This document shows, piece by piece, positions 9,372 through 21,317 of a stretch of 58,077 bases of DNA. The position numbers were made by a program, and so were the translations under genes. Source of the DNA: a virus (Duplodnaviria > Caudoviricetes); IMG/VR virus record IMGVR_UViG_3300036819_000091, positions 1 through 58,077 of that record. The stretch is one strand, 5' to 3'. Position 1 is the first letter of the stretch; each line of letters begins with the position of its first letter. The notes under the pieces are model-generated. The model saw only the letters and a program-made list of their open reading frames with translations. It did not search any database and was not told where the DNA came from.

Positions 9372-10375
9372 TCACCACAGAGTGTCCAGGGCCGGCGCCG
9401 CAGCCGCGTACGGGCACCCGGTCACCGGCTCGCCCCAGTGCTCCCCATCGCACTCCGTGGCCGGGTCCATGACCCGCCACGCCGCGGTCATCTTGCGGCG
9501 CAGCCCGCCCAGCGCCTGGTCTATCTCGTCGCCGCGGATGGCCTCGTAGTGCTCGCCGTCCGGCATCACTTCCTGGTCGGGGAACGCCAGGTGCCAGGCC
9601 CGCAGGTACAGGCCGTGGCCGGTCGGGTTGAGCGGCGCTAGCTGCGACGCCCCGGCGCATGCCAGCACAACCTCCGCGGCGGTCGCGGGGCGGGTGTCGG
9701 CCCCGGCGGCCAGCCGGTCGAGCAGCTCCCGGCAGTGCCCCGCGAACACGAACGGCGCCCCGCCCGTCATGCGCGGGTGGGTGGGCGCCAGGAGCTGGAA
9801 GCCGTGCCACAGCGCCAGCGCCTGCGCGGGGTGGCGGGCCTGCGCGGCGCGTACGGCGTCGTCGCCGGCCTGCCACGTGCTGGTGACCTGCACCGCCTCT
9901 GCGGTGGCCGCCGCGATGACGGCGGCCAGCTCGCCGCCCATCACAGCACCAGCTCGCGCAGGCCGAGCGCCGCGATCATCGCCGCCGTGGTGGCCTGCGC
10001 GGCCGGGTACATGGCCGCCCAGCAGCCAGGGCCGAATCTCTCCAGGATCTCGGCGCGGGCCGCCTCGGCGCCGGGCGCGTCGATGATGACGTACCGGCGC
10101 GCCAGCGGGATGCCCCACCCGGGCGGCGTCGGCCCCATGCCCTCGGCGGTGTTCACCACGCGGAGCCAGTGATCCTCGCCGAACGTGACCACCCACCGGC
10201 CGGGCCGGCCCGGGCGCGGCGCGCCGTAGTACGGGTCCGGGGTGATGGCCGCCGGGGGCAGGCCCGGCTCGATGCGGCCGGCGTGCAGCTCTGCGTGCTG
10301 CGCTGCGGCGCGGACCCCGCCCAGCAGCTCCAGCAGGCCGGCGGTCAGGTAGGCGTGGGCGGCGGCGTCAGCCAT
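9372..10375 (-). CDS. Two hypothetical proteins (9372-9941, 9941-10375)
   Basis: Coupled ORFs with globular-type composition. Confidence 0.7.
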
Positions 10376-10652
10376 TGTTGTCCTCCTCGATTGCCTGCCG
10401 CAGGCGGCGCATGCAGCCCACGGCGCGGTCCTTGGTCCAGCCCAGCCGGGCGCCGACCTGCGCCCAGTTGTCCTCGGGGTGGGCCACCCGGGCGATGGCC
10501 ACCCGGTACCACGTGCCGGGCCACCCGTCCGGCCACTCGTCGGCGGCGGCCAGGGCCAGCGCCCACCGGGCGGCGGTCACGTCCCGGCCGGCGGCGGCGT
10601 CGCGGCGGCCCCGGTTGGCGGCGCGGAAGTTGGCGCGGCCGGCGTCGGTCAC
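10368..10652 (-). CDS. Stand-alone WhiA C-terminal-type HTH protein
   Basis: 'ANFRAANRGRR..AA...RVAHPEDNWAQVGARLGWTKDRAVGCMRRL' matches the WhiA HTH pattern (AN..R / R..HPE / TK..V..RRL). Confidence 0.7.
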   Translation of the reverse strand: MTDAGRANFRAANRGRRDAAAGRDVTAARWALALAAADEWPDGWPGTWYRVAIARVAHPEDNWAQVGARLGWTKDRAVGCMRRLRQAIEEDNNG

Positions 10653-13600
10653 GGGGTGCCGGCCTGCATGCGGCGGGCGGCCTCCAGTGCGGTGGTCAGC
10701 GTGGCCCCGGTGGTGACCGCCCAGACGCGCCGCCGCGCGGTGGCGCTGCCGCCGCCCATGGACCGCACGAACCTGACCCGCCACGGCTCTGCCTCCGCGT
10801 GGTCGAACCAGACCTGGACCGCGGCGGGCAGGGCGGTCAGCGCGGCCGGCTGGTGCGGGCAGTGGTGCTGCACGGCGCGGGCCAGCGCGGTGAGGCCGGC
10901 CTCGTGGTCGCGCGGCGGCGTGAGCTGGTAGCCGCAGTCGGTGCCGTCCGGGGCGATGCCCGGGCACTCCCACCCGCCGTCGCGCAGGCGGTCAAGCTGG
11001 TGGCGGGCGCCAGAGCGGTGGCGCCGGGGGCAGGCGGGCTCGGCCGGGGTGAAGTCGTGCAGGCCGCCTGCGTGGGGGTGCACCGGGCAGTCGCCGCCGT
11101 GGGTGCAGGCGGCCGGGTCGCCGTGCAGGCAGTCAGCCGCCCAGTTGCACCGGCCCGCCGCCACGGGCGGGGCGTCCTCCCGGGGCGGCACGGCGGCGGC
11201 CATGGCGGCGGCCAGGCACATCCGCCACGACGTGTAGTTGATGCCGTGGGACTCGATGGTGGCCTCGGCGCCGGGCTCCTCGCCGCGCGCCCACCGCAGC
11301 AGTGCGTAGTCGATCACCACCAGGGCCTCCGCGCCGAACCCGATCTGCCGGGCCTGCTCGATGCCCGCCGCGATGTTGAGGCCGTCCGCGTTGGTGCCGG
11401 GGGTCAGCGCCCGGCCGTGCATGTCCCGGCGCGGGGACAGCGGCGGGGCCAGCGGCGCGCAGGTGCAGGCGTACTGCGGGGACGGGGCGTGCCCGAATGA
11501 CGGGCAGCCCGGGGCGTGGTACCGGGTGGCCACGGGCGGTGTCAGCAGCTCTGGCGGTCCCTCGCCTGCCGGGTAGTGCAGGTGGGGCGGGCGGTCATCT
11601 CCGGGGACGAACGGCGGGTGGCCCCGGTGGCCCCGGCCGGGGGTCTCGGGCAGCGGGTGCGGGTGGGGCATGGGGTCGGTCATGGCGTGGTGTCCTCTCC
11701 TGGTGGCGGCACTTCGCGGAACGCGCCAAGGCGGCGCATGATCTGGATGAACGCGGTAGGCCGGGGCAGGTCGTAGAACCACCGGCACAGCGCCTCCCCG
11801 GCCTGCGGGTGCTGCCCGTCGCGCAGGGTGGCGTGGCACACCAGGTAGCTCTCCTGGCGGCGGTTGACGGCCACCAGCTCGGCCAGGCGGCCGGGCTCCA
11901 GGTGCATGGGGTTGCCGGGGCGGCCCACGCAGGTGGCGCACATCTCGGACAGGAGCCGGACGCCGCCCAGCTCCTGGTCCCACGTGTCGCCCTTGCGCAT
12001 GGTCACAGCCCGCTGCCCGCCCCGCCGTGGCTGCGGCCCGGACGGGCCTCCGGGCCGGTGCCCTGCGGGCAGCCCGTCCGGTGGAACAGGACGGCCGCGC
12101 CGCGCCGGGTGAGCTGCCGGGTCCGCTCGCCGCAGTCGAGGCACCGGGCGTGGCCCGACACGGTCCACCCGTCATTCGGCACGGTGCTCAGGCCGGCCGC
12201 GTAGGGCGGCGGGGCGGTGCCGGGCCGGGCGGGCATGGTCTCGTCGTCAGGCACTCTGGGCCTCCTGTTTCGCCGGGGTGCGGGGCTGCACCTGCGCTTC
12301 CACGCGGGTCAGCTTGACCTGCGTGCGCTCGCGGTTGTACGCCAGCACCCACCGGCTGGCCCCGGCGAACGCGCCGGCCGGGCAGTCGGGGGTGTGGATG
12401 CGGGTCTCGGCTACCAGCTCTACCTCGCGGGGGGTGCCGGCGCCGTCGCCTGCCGCGCGGGCCAGCAGGGCCTGCGCGGCGTCTGCGCTGACGCGGAGCT
12501 GCCCGCGCAGCATGGCCACTGCCTCCGGGCCTGCCTTGGACCCGAACACCGGGTGCGTGCTGCTGGCGCCCATCAGGCGTCGCCGCCGTTGTACTCCACG
12601 CTGGTGTAGGGCAGCGGGTCGCCGGCGCAGGTGCCGCCGCCGTGCCACTCGACCCGCACGTCGGGCTGGCCCATGGGGTCCGGGCCGGCGTGCTTGGTGT
12701 GCGGGTAGTGGCCTAGGCCCTTGTCGCACATGGTGCCGTACGGGTCGCTGGCGGGGCCGGTGGCGAACTGGGCGCCGCAGAGCGTCATCTGGTGGGCCAG
12801 GTGGGCCTCGTACATCAGGTCCCAGCCGTCGTCTTCGGGTAGCTGCTCAGCGGCCCACTGGTCGTCGGGCAGGTCTTCGCTGGCGTACTCCAGGGCTTCC
12901 ACGTCGTCGCGGTACAGGCCGAGCAGGTGCCGGTGCGCGGCCACGTGCAGGCCGCGCAGCGCAGCGGCGCTGTGCTCCTCGTCGGCGGTGACGGGCCACG
13001 CGTGGCCGTCCTCGTCGTAGGTGGCCACGTGGCGGGCCAGCTCGGCCACGTCCCCGGCGGCCTGCTCCCGCCAGCTCTGCGCCTCTTCCAGCTCGTGCTC
13101 GGCGGCGCGGACCAGTGCCCGGGCCTGCTCGACGGGGTCTGTCTTGTCGTTCATGGTCTCCCTCTCCAGTGGTGCCGGGTGCCGGGGCTGGGCGCCCTGC
13201 CGGCCGCGCGTCTGGGGCCGCGCGGCCTACAGGGGGCTCAGCGGGTGTACCAGGCGCCGTTCATGCGGCGCAGCACCAGCATCATCAGGGCCTCCTGGTC
13301 GGCGTGGGTGCGCAGCTTGCCGGCGATGGCCAGCAGCGGGGCCAGGGCCTCGTCCAGCTCGTTGGCCTTGGCGGCGTCACGCTCCCGCCGCCTGGCGCTG
13401 GCGCGCGTCCTGGCGGCCCGGTCCTCTGCGCGCCACTGGTCGGCCAGGGCGTCGCCGCGGCCGGCCTGCCGTTCGAACTGCACGGCGCGCAGGCTAAGCC
13501 CCTCGCCGTCGTCGTGGCGCAGCACCGTGGCGGTGTAGTACCCGCCCACGGCGCCCCCGGCGGTGCTGGGCTTCGCCGCGAAGTACAGCGGCTGCCCGGC

Positions 13601-15425
13601 GGGGTCCTGCCAAGTGTTGTGCCGGTCACCCTTGGTGCCCGTGCGCTCGCCCATCCACCGCCACGTCTCGGTGGTGTACTCGGGCTCTGCGGTATCGGCG
13701 GTCATGGTGCTGCGGGTCCTTCCGGGTAGCTGTCCAGCAGGGTCAGGCGGTAGGCGCTGCGGCCCATGTCGAGGCGGCGGGCGCGCCAGAGGCATTTCGA
13801 TACCTGCTCGCCGCGGGCGCCCCGGCTGGTGCCGGCGCGGGTCTCGGTGGTGAAGTCGAGCGGGGCCGGGGCCACCCTGGCAGCCTGCGCGGCCAGGGCG
13901 GCCCCGTCTGCGCCGCGCACCCCGCACTCGCGGGTGATCACGGCGGCCAGCTCGGTGGTGCCGTTCGCGGTCCACATGGCGGTCACCGGGCACCTGCGGG
14001 CTGGCGGGTGGCGCTCACCGGGTGCCGTCCCACGGGCAGGTCCACGGGGTGGCCTCGGCCACTGCCTGGTCCGGGTAGATCGTCCCGGCGGTGGTGTGGT
14101 GGCCGGCGCAGTACCGCAGCCAGCCCATGTCGTACTTGCTGGTGAGCCGGTAGTCGCACGGGGTGGCGGCCAGGCCGGGGACGGCTGCCTTGTTGCGGCG
14201 GCGTACCTCGGCGGCGGCACCGCGGCGGGCGCAGTCCTCGGCGGCGTCCCAGTTCAGGTGCTGGTGGCCGCAGCGCCAGTCCTCGATGCTGGTCGCGCCG
14301 GGCTCGGCGGCGGCCGGGCTGTACAGGGCGGCGGTGCCCTCGTAGCGCGGCAGCTCGATCAGTTGGACGTCTACGCGGCCGGTGCTGTACGGGGGGTCGG
14401 GCTGGTGCTTCATGGTCTGCCTCTCCAGTGGCGTTTCGTGCAACGCCACCATACCGCAGAACGGGTATGTGTAGGTACCCTGGCGGGCATGCAAATGCGC
14501 TGGTCACCACGCGTGTCGCGGCGCCCAGCGCATCTGCGCAGGTGACGGGTCAGGCCCGGTCTCCGGGGTAGCCGTCAGCGGCCATGAAATCCGCCGCGGC
14601 GCGGTCAGTGCCGGCCCAGTACGCGGCTGCCTCTTCGGCGGCCAGGCGCTCCGGGGTCATGGCGCGGGCGGCGCGCTGCTCGGCTGCCCCGGTGATGAAC
14701 GGGTCCAGGCCGGCGTCTGCCTGGCTGGCGGGCTCGGGCGCCCACACCAGGCAGGTGCCGTCGTAGCCGCTGCGGTCCTTGATGACGCGCATGCCGGGGG
14801 TCACCAGGTGGGCGGCCACGGTCTGCGCGGTCACGGCGGGGGTGGGGCTGGTCATGGCGGTCGGGTCCTCTCCGGGGCGGGGTCTAGCGGTCGGTGCGCG
14901 GGTCGTACGGGCCGCGCGCCCGGGCCAGGTAGGCGTCAAGGGCGGCGGGCAGCGGCGGGTAGTGGCTGCACTGGCGGGCGTCGTGGGCGGGGTCCAGCCC
15001 GTCGCGCAGGGCCTCGCAGTCGGGCGCGGGGGCCGGGGCGGTGCGCTCGTCGGCGATCACCAGTATGGCGGTGCCGTCCGGGCCGTCCGTGATGTCGAGC
15101 ACCGTGAACCCGTCGCGCACGGCGGCGGCCTCTGCGGTGTCGTCGTCGGCCGCGCGGTAGGTGGGGCCGGTGCCGCCGCCCACGGTCATGGTGGCGTAGG
15201 CGGTGGTGGCGGTGGCTGGCTGCGTCATGTCGGTGTCCTCTCCAGGGGTCCGGTTGCGGGCGGGGGTCAGGCGGCGGCGCGGGCGGCGGCCAGCGCCTTG
15301 TTAGCGGCGGACACGGCGGCCAGGGCCTGCTGCTCGGCGGGGGTGCCGGGCTCGGCCTGGACCCATGCGCGGCGGGCGGCGCGGGCGGTGTCCTCTGCGG
15401 CCTGCACGGTGGCGGTGGTCTCCAT
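10649..15425 (-). CDS. Run of 11 hypothetical proteins (10649-11683, 11680-12006, 12003-12254, 12247-12573, 12573-13154, 13238-13705, 13702-13986, 14015-14413, 14550-14855, 14884-15228, 15267-15425)
   Basis: Coupled starts/stops or GGAGAGG-type RBS; many carry Cys/His clusters. Confidence 0.65.
14448..14476 (-). promoter_or_regulatory. Putative leftward promoter (-10 TATGGT) with inverted operator copy
   Basis: AGAACGGGTAtgtGTAGGT on the + strand at 14458-14476, intergenic. Confidence 0.65.
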
Positions 15426-15457
15426 TGCGGTTCCTCTCGGTAGGTGGTGCAGGCACC

Positions 15458-15483
15458 ACGCTACACCTACCCGTACCCGTTCT
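15458..15483 (-). promoter_or_regulatory. Putative promoter (-10 TAGCGT) with operator copy
   Basis: AGAACGGGTAcggGTAGGT on the - strand, same spacing to the -10 as at 9334-9359. Confidence 0.7.
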
Positions 15484-15733
15484 ATTACGGGGGCGCGTGC
15501 GCAGGCCGCGGCGCGTGTCGCGGGCGCGCGTGCGGGGCTCGCTCAGGCCGACTCAGCCGGGCGCCGGCGGCTGCCCCGCCGCCTGGTGCCAGCGGGCCGC
15601 GGCGGGGCGCAGGCGCCGATCTGGCGGTGCCGCCCGGGCAACGGTGATCGCACGCTGCGGCGATGCGCGCGGCGGGCACGGCAAGGGCGCCCGGGCCGGG
15701 TGGCCGGGGCGCCCTGGTCGCGCTGGGGGACTG

Positions 15734-16120
15734 TTACCGAACCGCAACCTCGTAGCCGGGTGCCAGGCGCGCCAGCTCGGCCCACGTGCCCGCCATCTCG
15801 GTGAACCCGCCGTCCCGGCTGAGCAGCACCCACGAGCCCAGCGGCTCGTGCCACATGGGCACTTCCAGGGGGTCGGCCCACGACGCCACCAGGTAGCCAA
15901 GGTGGGTGGCCGCTCCGGGCTCGGCCACGTGGGCGCGCCAGTGGCAGCCCGGCCCCGCGCCGCCGCCGCAGAGGCCCGCCCGGTTGTGCGGGGCGTCGGG
16001 GCCGCCGCGGGACTTGAGCTGCCGGTGGTGGCACGAGTCCCGCTCGCCTAGCTGCACCTGCGCGCACCACACGCACTGCATGTCGCGGGCGAGCACCACC
16101 GCGCGGATCAGGTCAGGCAT
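15734..16120 (-). CDS. HNH endonuclease-like protein
   Basis: RD..CVWC..HHRQLKSRGG..N..LC..CH..H. Confidence 0.8.
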   Translation of the reverse strand: MPDLIRAVVLARDMQCVWCAQVQLGERDSCHHRQLKSRGGPDAPHNRAGLCGGGAGPGCHWRAHVAEPGAATHLGYLVASWADPLEVPMWHEPLGSWVLLSRDGGFTEMAGTWAELARLAPGYEVAVR

Positions 16121-17962
16121 CGAGCACCCGCACGGTGAACGTGTCGCCGGCGCCCTGCTCGGTGTCCAGCCGGTACGCCATGGACCGCTGTACCTCGTCC
16201 GGTGCCAGCACCACCGACCCGCCCAGCCGGCGCACCAGCATGGTGATCAGCAGGGCAGCCTCGGCCCCGGTGGCGTAGCCGCCGCTGCCCAGCAGGTCCA
16301 GCACCGCCTGCGCCTGGACGTACTCCAGTGACAGGCCCGCGTACAGGCCCGGCCGGCAGCCCCGTGCCTCTGCCCCGTAGGCCAGCTTCGCGCGGGCCAG
16401 CACGCCGGCCACCGCCTCTGCGGTCTGCGGGTCATGTGCCATCGCGGGCCGCCTCGTGCTCGTGGGGGGTCAGGTAGCACCAGGGCCGGTGCCAGGCGCC
16501 GAGGGTGCCGCAGCACCCGGCGCCGCCCTGCCCGGTGCCCTGGTCGTGCAGGGCGTGCATGGCGGCGCCCACGTGGGTGCGGTCAGCGTCGCTGGCGGCG
16601 GCCCACCACCGCAGCCACCCCTCGCGGGTGCCGGTCAGCGCGGCGGCCAGGCCGGCGGTCGCGGCGGCCAGGTCGGTGTACCGGGCCGGGAACTGGGCCG
16701 GGTAGTGCTCCGGGTGGCCGCACACCCGCAGCTCGCCGTCCACTGGCCTGGCCATGCCGGGCGGGCGGTGCTCGTCAAACTCGCAGCCGTCCGACAGCAC
16801 CACGCGGAACCTGTCACCCACTGGTCCCTCCCCACGGGTCATCGAACAGCCCGGCGCGGATAGCCGGGTGGTCTGCCACGGGCGCGCCGGCGGGGCGCAG
16901 CTTCCCGCACCAGCACGACCCGGTGCGGGCCATGCCGGTGCGGCACACCCGGTCGATGCGGATGCGCCGGTCCCGGCCGGGGTGGTCCAGGATCAGGGCG
17001 GTGTGCGCGTTCGACGGGCACACCCACGGCACCCGGCGCAGCCAGTGCCACACCCGCCAGCCGGCCCGGTTGTCCATGGGCAGCGCGGTGACCGCCCGCC
17101 AGGGCAGGTTACGCATGCAGGGCCACCTCCAGCCATGCCTCGGACTGCCCCGGCCGGGTGCCCAGCGGCGCCAGCCACGCCCGGCCGCCGGTCAGCATCA
17201 GCTCGACCACGGCCGGGCCGTCGCCGCCGCCCGCGATGATCCGCGCGGCGGCGTCTGCGGGCAGCGGGCCGTCGCGCTGGCCGGGCGCCGCCGCGCGGAT
17301 CGCCGCCGCGGTGGCCATCAGCGCCCGCCCCGCCGACTCCAGGGCGGCGGCGGCCGGGGTGACCTCCTGCTCGCGGACCCGGGCCAGCGCGGTGCGGGCC
17401 AGCGCCTGCGGCAGGGTCACCCCGTCGTACGGGCCGTCCACGTCGAACGGGCCGCCGCGGGCCTCCCAGTCGCCGGCCACGGCAGCCAGCGCCATGGCCA
17501 GCGCGTCCTCTGCGTCACTCACTGCATCACTCACTTGCCGTTCTCCCTGTCGATGATGATGACTGCCTCTGCCTGGTGGGTGATGGCGTCCCGGAACGTG
17601 ACCGTCTGCATGTCCTCGGGCCGGCCGGGGCTGACGGTGATCCACTCGGCGGCGGGGTGCTCTGCGCGCAGGGCGCGGACCCACGCGGCGAACGGCAGCA
17701 GGGCCGGGCACCGGGCGGTGATCAGGTGCTGCTCGCCGGCGGCGGCAGCCCGGGCCTCGTGCCTGGCCGCGCAGCACGGGCCGATGGCCTGTGACCACCC
17801 GAACAGGTACCCGCCGCTGCGCGGGTCGGCGGTCAGGTCGGCGCCGCAGAGGTCGCATGCCACGGCGCCGCCCAGCCAGATGACGCCGCCCTGCCCGGCG
17901 GCCACCACCGCCCGGTACTCGGCCCGCACTTCGGCCCACGTGCGGGCCGGCAGGCTAGTCAC
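16113..17962 (-). CDS. Five hypothetical proteins (16113-16442, 16432-16842, 16814-17116, 17109-17534, 17531-17962)
   Basis: Overlapping chain downstream of recT. Confidence 0.6.
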
Positions 17963-19217
17963 CGGGGGTCCACCCGCCCGCCGCGGCGAGCCGCAGCATG
18001 CCGTCGTACAGGGCGGCCTCGGGCTCGCCGGCGGCGCGGATGTCGGTCAGCTTGGCCACCACCCGGGCCACCTGCTCGGGGGTCAGGTCCTTGCTCGACT
18101 TGATGGGCAGCGCCGGGTCGCCGTCGCCGGCGCGGGCCAGGAACGCGACCACGCCCAGCCGCTGGTCCCGGTGGGCGGTGCCGGCCAGCCCGCACTCTGT
18201 GAGCAGGGCCTGCATGCGGCGCGCCTGGCCGGCCGGGTCGGGCTGCGGCTCGGCCGGGCCGGGGTCGGCGGGGTCCTGCCCCCACCGGGTGTCCTCGGTG
18301 GCCCCGGTGGCGTCCTGCCCGTCTTCGGCGCTGTCGTACAGGGCCTCCCCTTCCAGCACGTCGGCGCCGCCCAGGTCGGACGGCTTCGGCGGCGCGGCGG
18401 CGGGCGGGGCGTGCACGTCGTCGCGGGCGGCGGCCAGCAGCAGCTCGGCCATCATGGCCGACTTGCGGACCCGCCCGGCGCCCTGCCGGATGGCCGTCTT
18501 GAGCCACATGGGGTCAAACTCGGTGTGCCAGGTGCTGTTTTTCCTGCCGTTGTTCTCGGCCCGCCGGTAACTCTTGGAGTAGGTGTCGCGGACCCGCTCC
18601 GCTTCCTGCCGGGTGACCAGCGTCACCGCCGACCGGGACCCGTCCCGGTACACCACGTAGAAGTACGCCAGGATGCGCGGCCCCCGGTCCTCGTCGCTGA
18701 CCGGCTCCCCCTCCGGGGTGATCAGCAGCGGCACGTGGCGGAACCCGCCGCCGTCGCCGTAGGCCAGCGACCAGGTGTCGTTCTTGTGGATGTGGCGGGC
18801 CTCCACCGCGGCCACGTCCCCGGTGTTGTGCATCATCTTGACCAGGCCCTGCCACTGGGGGATCCAGGTGGCCTCACCGCCGAACGCCACCACGGCGCCC
18901 TCCTCGGTGAACGGCATCAGCCCGAACCTGGCCGCCTCCAGCAGGGCCGCGTAGATGCTGGCGCGGCCCCGGTCGGTGCGGGCCACGTTGGCCAGCTCAG
19001 GTGACTTCCGCAGCCCCGTCAGCACGGTGCGCGAGAAGTACTCCACCGGGATGTGCGGCGGTAGCTGCTTGGCCAGCTCCCCCTCGATCTTGGTCACGAA
19101 CGTGCGCACGTTCTGCTCCGCGGCGACTGCCGCGTCAACCTCCGCGCCGCCCTTCTCGCGGGTGGCCAGTGCCCCCGTGACGGTCTGCCCGGCGGGGCCG
19201 GTCTGCCTTGGTGCCAT
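17955..19217 (-). CDS. recT: RecT-family ssDNA annealing protein
   Basis: 'QLPPHIPVEYFSR..SIYAALLEAARFGL..WQGLVKM..W.TEFDPMWLKTAIRQ'; adjacent to an exonuclease. Confidence 0.9.
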   Translation of the reverse strand: MAPRQTGPAGQTVTGALATREKGGAEVDAAVAAEQNVRTFVTKIEGELAKQLPPHIPVEYFSRTVLTGLRKSPELANVARTDRGRASIYAALLEAARFGLMPFTEEGAVVAFGGEATWIPQWQGLVKMMHNTGDVAAVEARHIHKNDTWSLAYGDGGGFRHVPLLITPEGEPVSDEDRGPRILAYFYVVYRDGSRSAVTLVTRQEAERVRDTYSKSYRRAENNGRKNSTWHTEFDPMWLKTAIRQGAGRVRKSAMMAELLLAAARDDVHAPPAAAPPKPSDLGGADVLEGEALYDSAEDGQDATGATEDTRWGQDPADPGPAEPQPDPAGQARRMQALLTECGLAGTAHRDQRLGVVAFLARAGDGDPALPIKSSKDLTPEQVARVVAKLTDIRAAGEPEAALYDGMLRLAAAGGWTPGD

Positions 19218-19259
19218 GGTGGTGCTTCCTCTCCAGTTGGGTTGCTACTGAGTAGCGGG

Positions 19260-20399
19260 CTACTTCTCGCCGTCCTGCTCGGCCCTGGTCAGCTTGCCGC
19301 TGCCCCACGGGCCGGGCCGCATCGATTCCACCCACTCGGCGGGCGTCACGCTGTACCCGGCGCGGGGGCCGCCGCTGCGGGTCACCAGCACCCGCTCGCG
19401 CTTCATGCCGGGGTCCCAGCAGGTGACCTGCCCCGCGTTGCCCGCGCGCAGCCGGATCTCGTTCTGCGCCTGCCTGACCCGCCGCTCGGCGGCGGCCTGC
19501 GACCGCCGCGCCCGGGTCAGCCGGTGCCCCAGCCGCCACGGCACCTGCACCCGCTCGCCCGGGTCGATGCGGGCGTACAGGTGCTTGAGCGTCTCCGCGG
19601 TGCTGGGCCGCCAGTCAACCTCGGGTACCTCCTCGCGCTCCAGGCACCGCACAAACTCTGCGCCCGCCTGGAGGATGGCGTCTATGTCGCGGTCGGCGGC
19701 CTCGTCCCGCTCGATCACGAACGTGACCACCTTGCCGCTGGGCAGGAAGATCACCGGCAGCCACCCGATGTCCGTGCCCAGCACGGCCATCTCCACCAGG
19801 AGCTGCACCCGCAGGTACACCGGCATGACGCCGCTGCCCGCCTCGCCGAAGTCGGCCCGCTGCGCCCAGCTCTTGATCTGCACCGGCCCGGCGGGCTGGT
19901 ACGTCTCGGCTATGTCCTGGCGGCACCCCGGCTGGTGCCCGGCGCCGGCGCACTGCCCGTCACAGTCGAACCGCACGTCGTAGGCGATCCGGTCGAACGT
20001 GGCCGCCAGCCACGGGTGCGCGTTGCTGACGTACAGGCCGCCCGGCCCCAGCTCCAGGTCAGGGTTGGCCGCCGCGAACCGCCGCGACACCAGCCCCTCC
20101 AGGTACAGGCCAAGCTCGGTGCGCTCGTTCCCCTCGAAGGTCGTGATGCCCTCGGTCTTGTCGTAGTACAGGCTGAACGGGGACCCGTGGCTGTCGGGGG
20201 CCAGCCCCAGCACCACCGCCAGCTCCGACGCGGTGACCCGCCACTGCCCGGTGTCCTGGTCGCGGCGCCGCTCGTCCAGCCACGCGTCTTTGTCGTCGTC
20301 TATCTCGGGCTGCGACAGCACCAGCCGGGCGGCGGGGATGTGCTCCCGGTCAAGCTGGGCGGCCGGGTCGGGGTGCGGCAGCCGGGCTACGTCAGTCAT
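19260..20399 (-). CDS. YqaJ-like viral recombination exonuclease
   Basis: 'WLDERR..VTASELAVVLG..SPFSLYYDK..G..LE..HPWLAATFDR..QIK'. Confidence 0.9.
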   Translation of the reverse strand: MTDVARLPHPDPAAQLDREHIPAARLVLSQPEIDDDKDAWLDERRRDQDTGQWRVTASELAVVLGLAPDSHGSPFSLYYDKTEGITTFEGNERTELGLYLEGLVSRRFAAANPDLELGPGGLYVSNAHPWLAATFDRIAYDVRFDCDGQCAGAGHQPGCRQDIAETYQPAGPVQIKSWAQRADFGEAGSGVMPVYLRVQLLVEMAVLGTDIGWLPVIFLPSGKVVTFVIERDEAADRDIDAILQAGAEFVRCLEREEVPEVDWRPSTAETLKHLYARIDPGERVQVPWRLGHRLTRARRSQAAAERRVRQAQNEIRLRAGNAGQVTCWDPGMKRERVLVTRSGGPRAGYSVTPAEWVESMRPGPWGSGKLTRAEQDGEK

Positions 20400-20967
20400 C
20401 GTCGGTGTCCTCTCCGGGGGTCACTATGGTGCCGTCGAGCACCCGCTCTGCCTCTGGCCGCCGCGACTGCGCCAGCATGAAACACGGGGTGCAGGTGCCG
20501 CCGGTCAGGTGGTCGGGGCCGGCGTTCAGGTACGGGTCCTCGGGGCTGGCGTCCCACTCGCGGCGGCACTCCCCGCACTGCACCGGCAGCCCCATGGCCG
20601 GGAGGCTGGCCCGGCCGCCCCAGACGCGCTCGGCCTCGGCGGCGGCCGGGCCGGCCATCAGCACCACCGCGGCGCGGCGGGGCAGGTCGGCCAGGTGCAG
20701 ATTGTGCAGCAGGAACCCGGCCGCGTTCCGCACCGCCGTGAACCGCCACGCCGGCCGGCTCACCGGGTCGGGCAGGGCGGCCAGCTCGGTCGGGGCCAGG
20801 TCTGCGTAGCGCTGCCCGCCGCGGTCGTCGGGCAGGCCCGCTGTCACGTCGCGGCGCATCTCGGGGATGGGGTACAGGGCGTCGGCCAGCTCCTGGTCAT
20901 GCACCACCTGGCCGATGGTCCGGTCGTCGTCGGGCTCGGGCCAGGTGCTGCCGTCGTGGCGGGCCAT
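20392..20967 (-). CDS. Hypothetical protein with C-terminal zinc ribbon
   Basis: CGEC..CTPC; coupled to lsr2. Confidence 0.65.
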   Translation of the reverse strand: MARHDGSTWPEPDDDRTIGQVVHDQELADALYPIPEMRRDVTAGLPDDRGGQRYADLAPTELAALPDPVSRPAWRFTAVRNAAGFLLHNLHLADLPRRAAVVLMAGPAAAEAERVWGGRASLPAMGLPVQCGECRREWDASPEDPYLNAGPDHLTGGTCTPCFMLAQSRRPEAERVLDGTIVTPGEDTDDD

Positions 20968-21317
20968 CAGTGCGCCGCCTCGTACTTGGCTACCACCGCG
21001 ACGGGCAGCCGGCCCCGGTCGGACACCTCGATGCCCTGCTGCGCGGCCCACCTGCGCACGCTGGCGGCGTGGTCCCGGCTGGCCTTGGACCGGCGCGGCC
21101 GGCCGGTGGCGGCCAGCCCGGCGCGCCTCTGCATGCGCCGCGCGCCGGCGGCCCTGGCCCGGGCGCCGTACACGTCGATCATCGGCCCCATCGCCGCGGC
21201 GTGCTCGCCGCAGAGGTCAATGTCGAACGCCCGGCCCCCGAAGTCGAACCGCACCGTCTCCGCGGCATCACCGTCGCCTAGGTCGCAGACGGTGGTCTCG
21301 GTTACTGTCCTGGTCAT
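20967..21317 (-). CDS. lsr2: Lsr2 nucleoid-associated protein
   Basis: 'ETVRF.FGG..FDIDL' dimerisation domain and 'VRRWA..GIEVSDRGRLP..V..Y' DNA-binding domain. Confidence 0.93.
   Translation of the reverse strand: MTRTVTETTVCDLGDGDAAETVRFDFGGRAFDIDLCGEHAAAMGPMIDVYGARARAAGARRMQRRAGLAATGRPRRSKASRDHAASVRRWAAQQGIEVSDRGRLPVAVVAKYEAAH

Noticed and set aside
15484-15733. Possible tRNA or ncRNA in a GC-rich intergenic gap
   Set aside because: No cloverleaf, T-loop or other recognisable RNA motif; a covariance search would be needed
16434-19004. 856-aa plus-strand ORF
   Set aside because: Arg/Gly/Pro-rich shadow opposite recT and coupled minus-strand genes
19260-20399. Cas4 or defence nuclease
   Set aside because: No Fe-S cysteine pattern of Cas4; motifs and the recT neighbour indicate a YqaJ/RecE-type exonuclease
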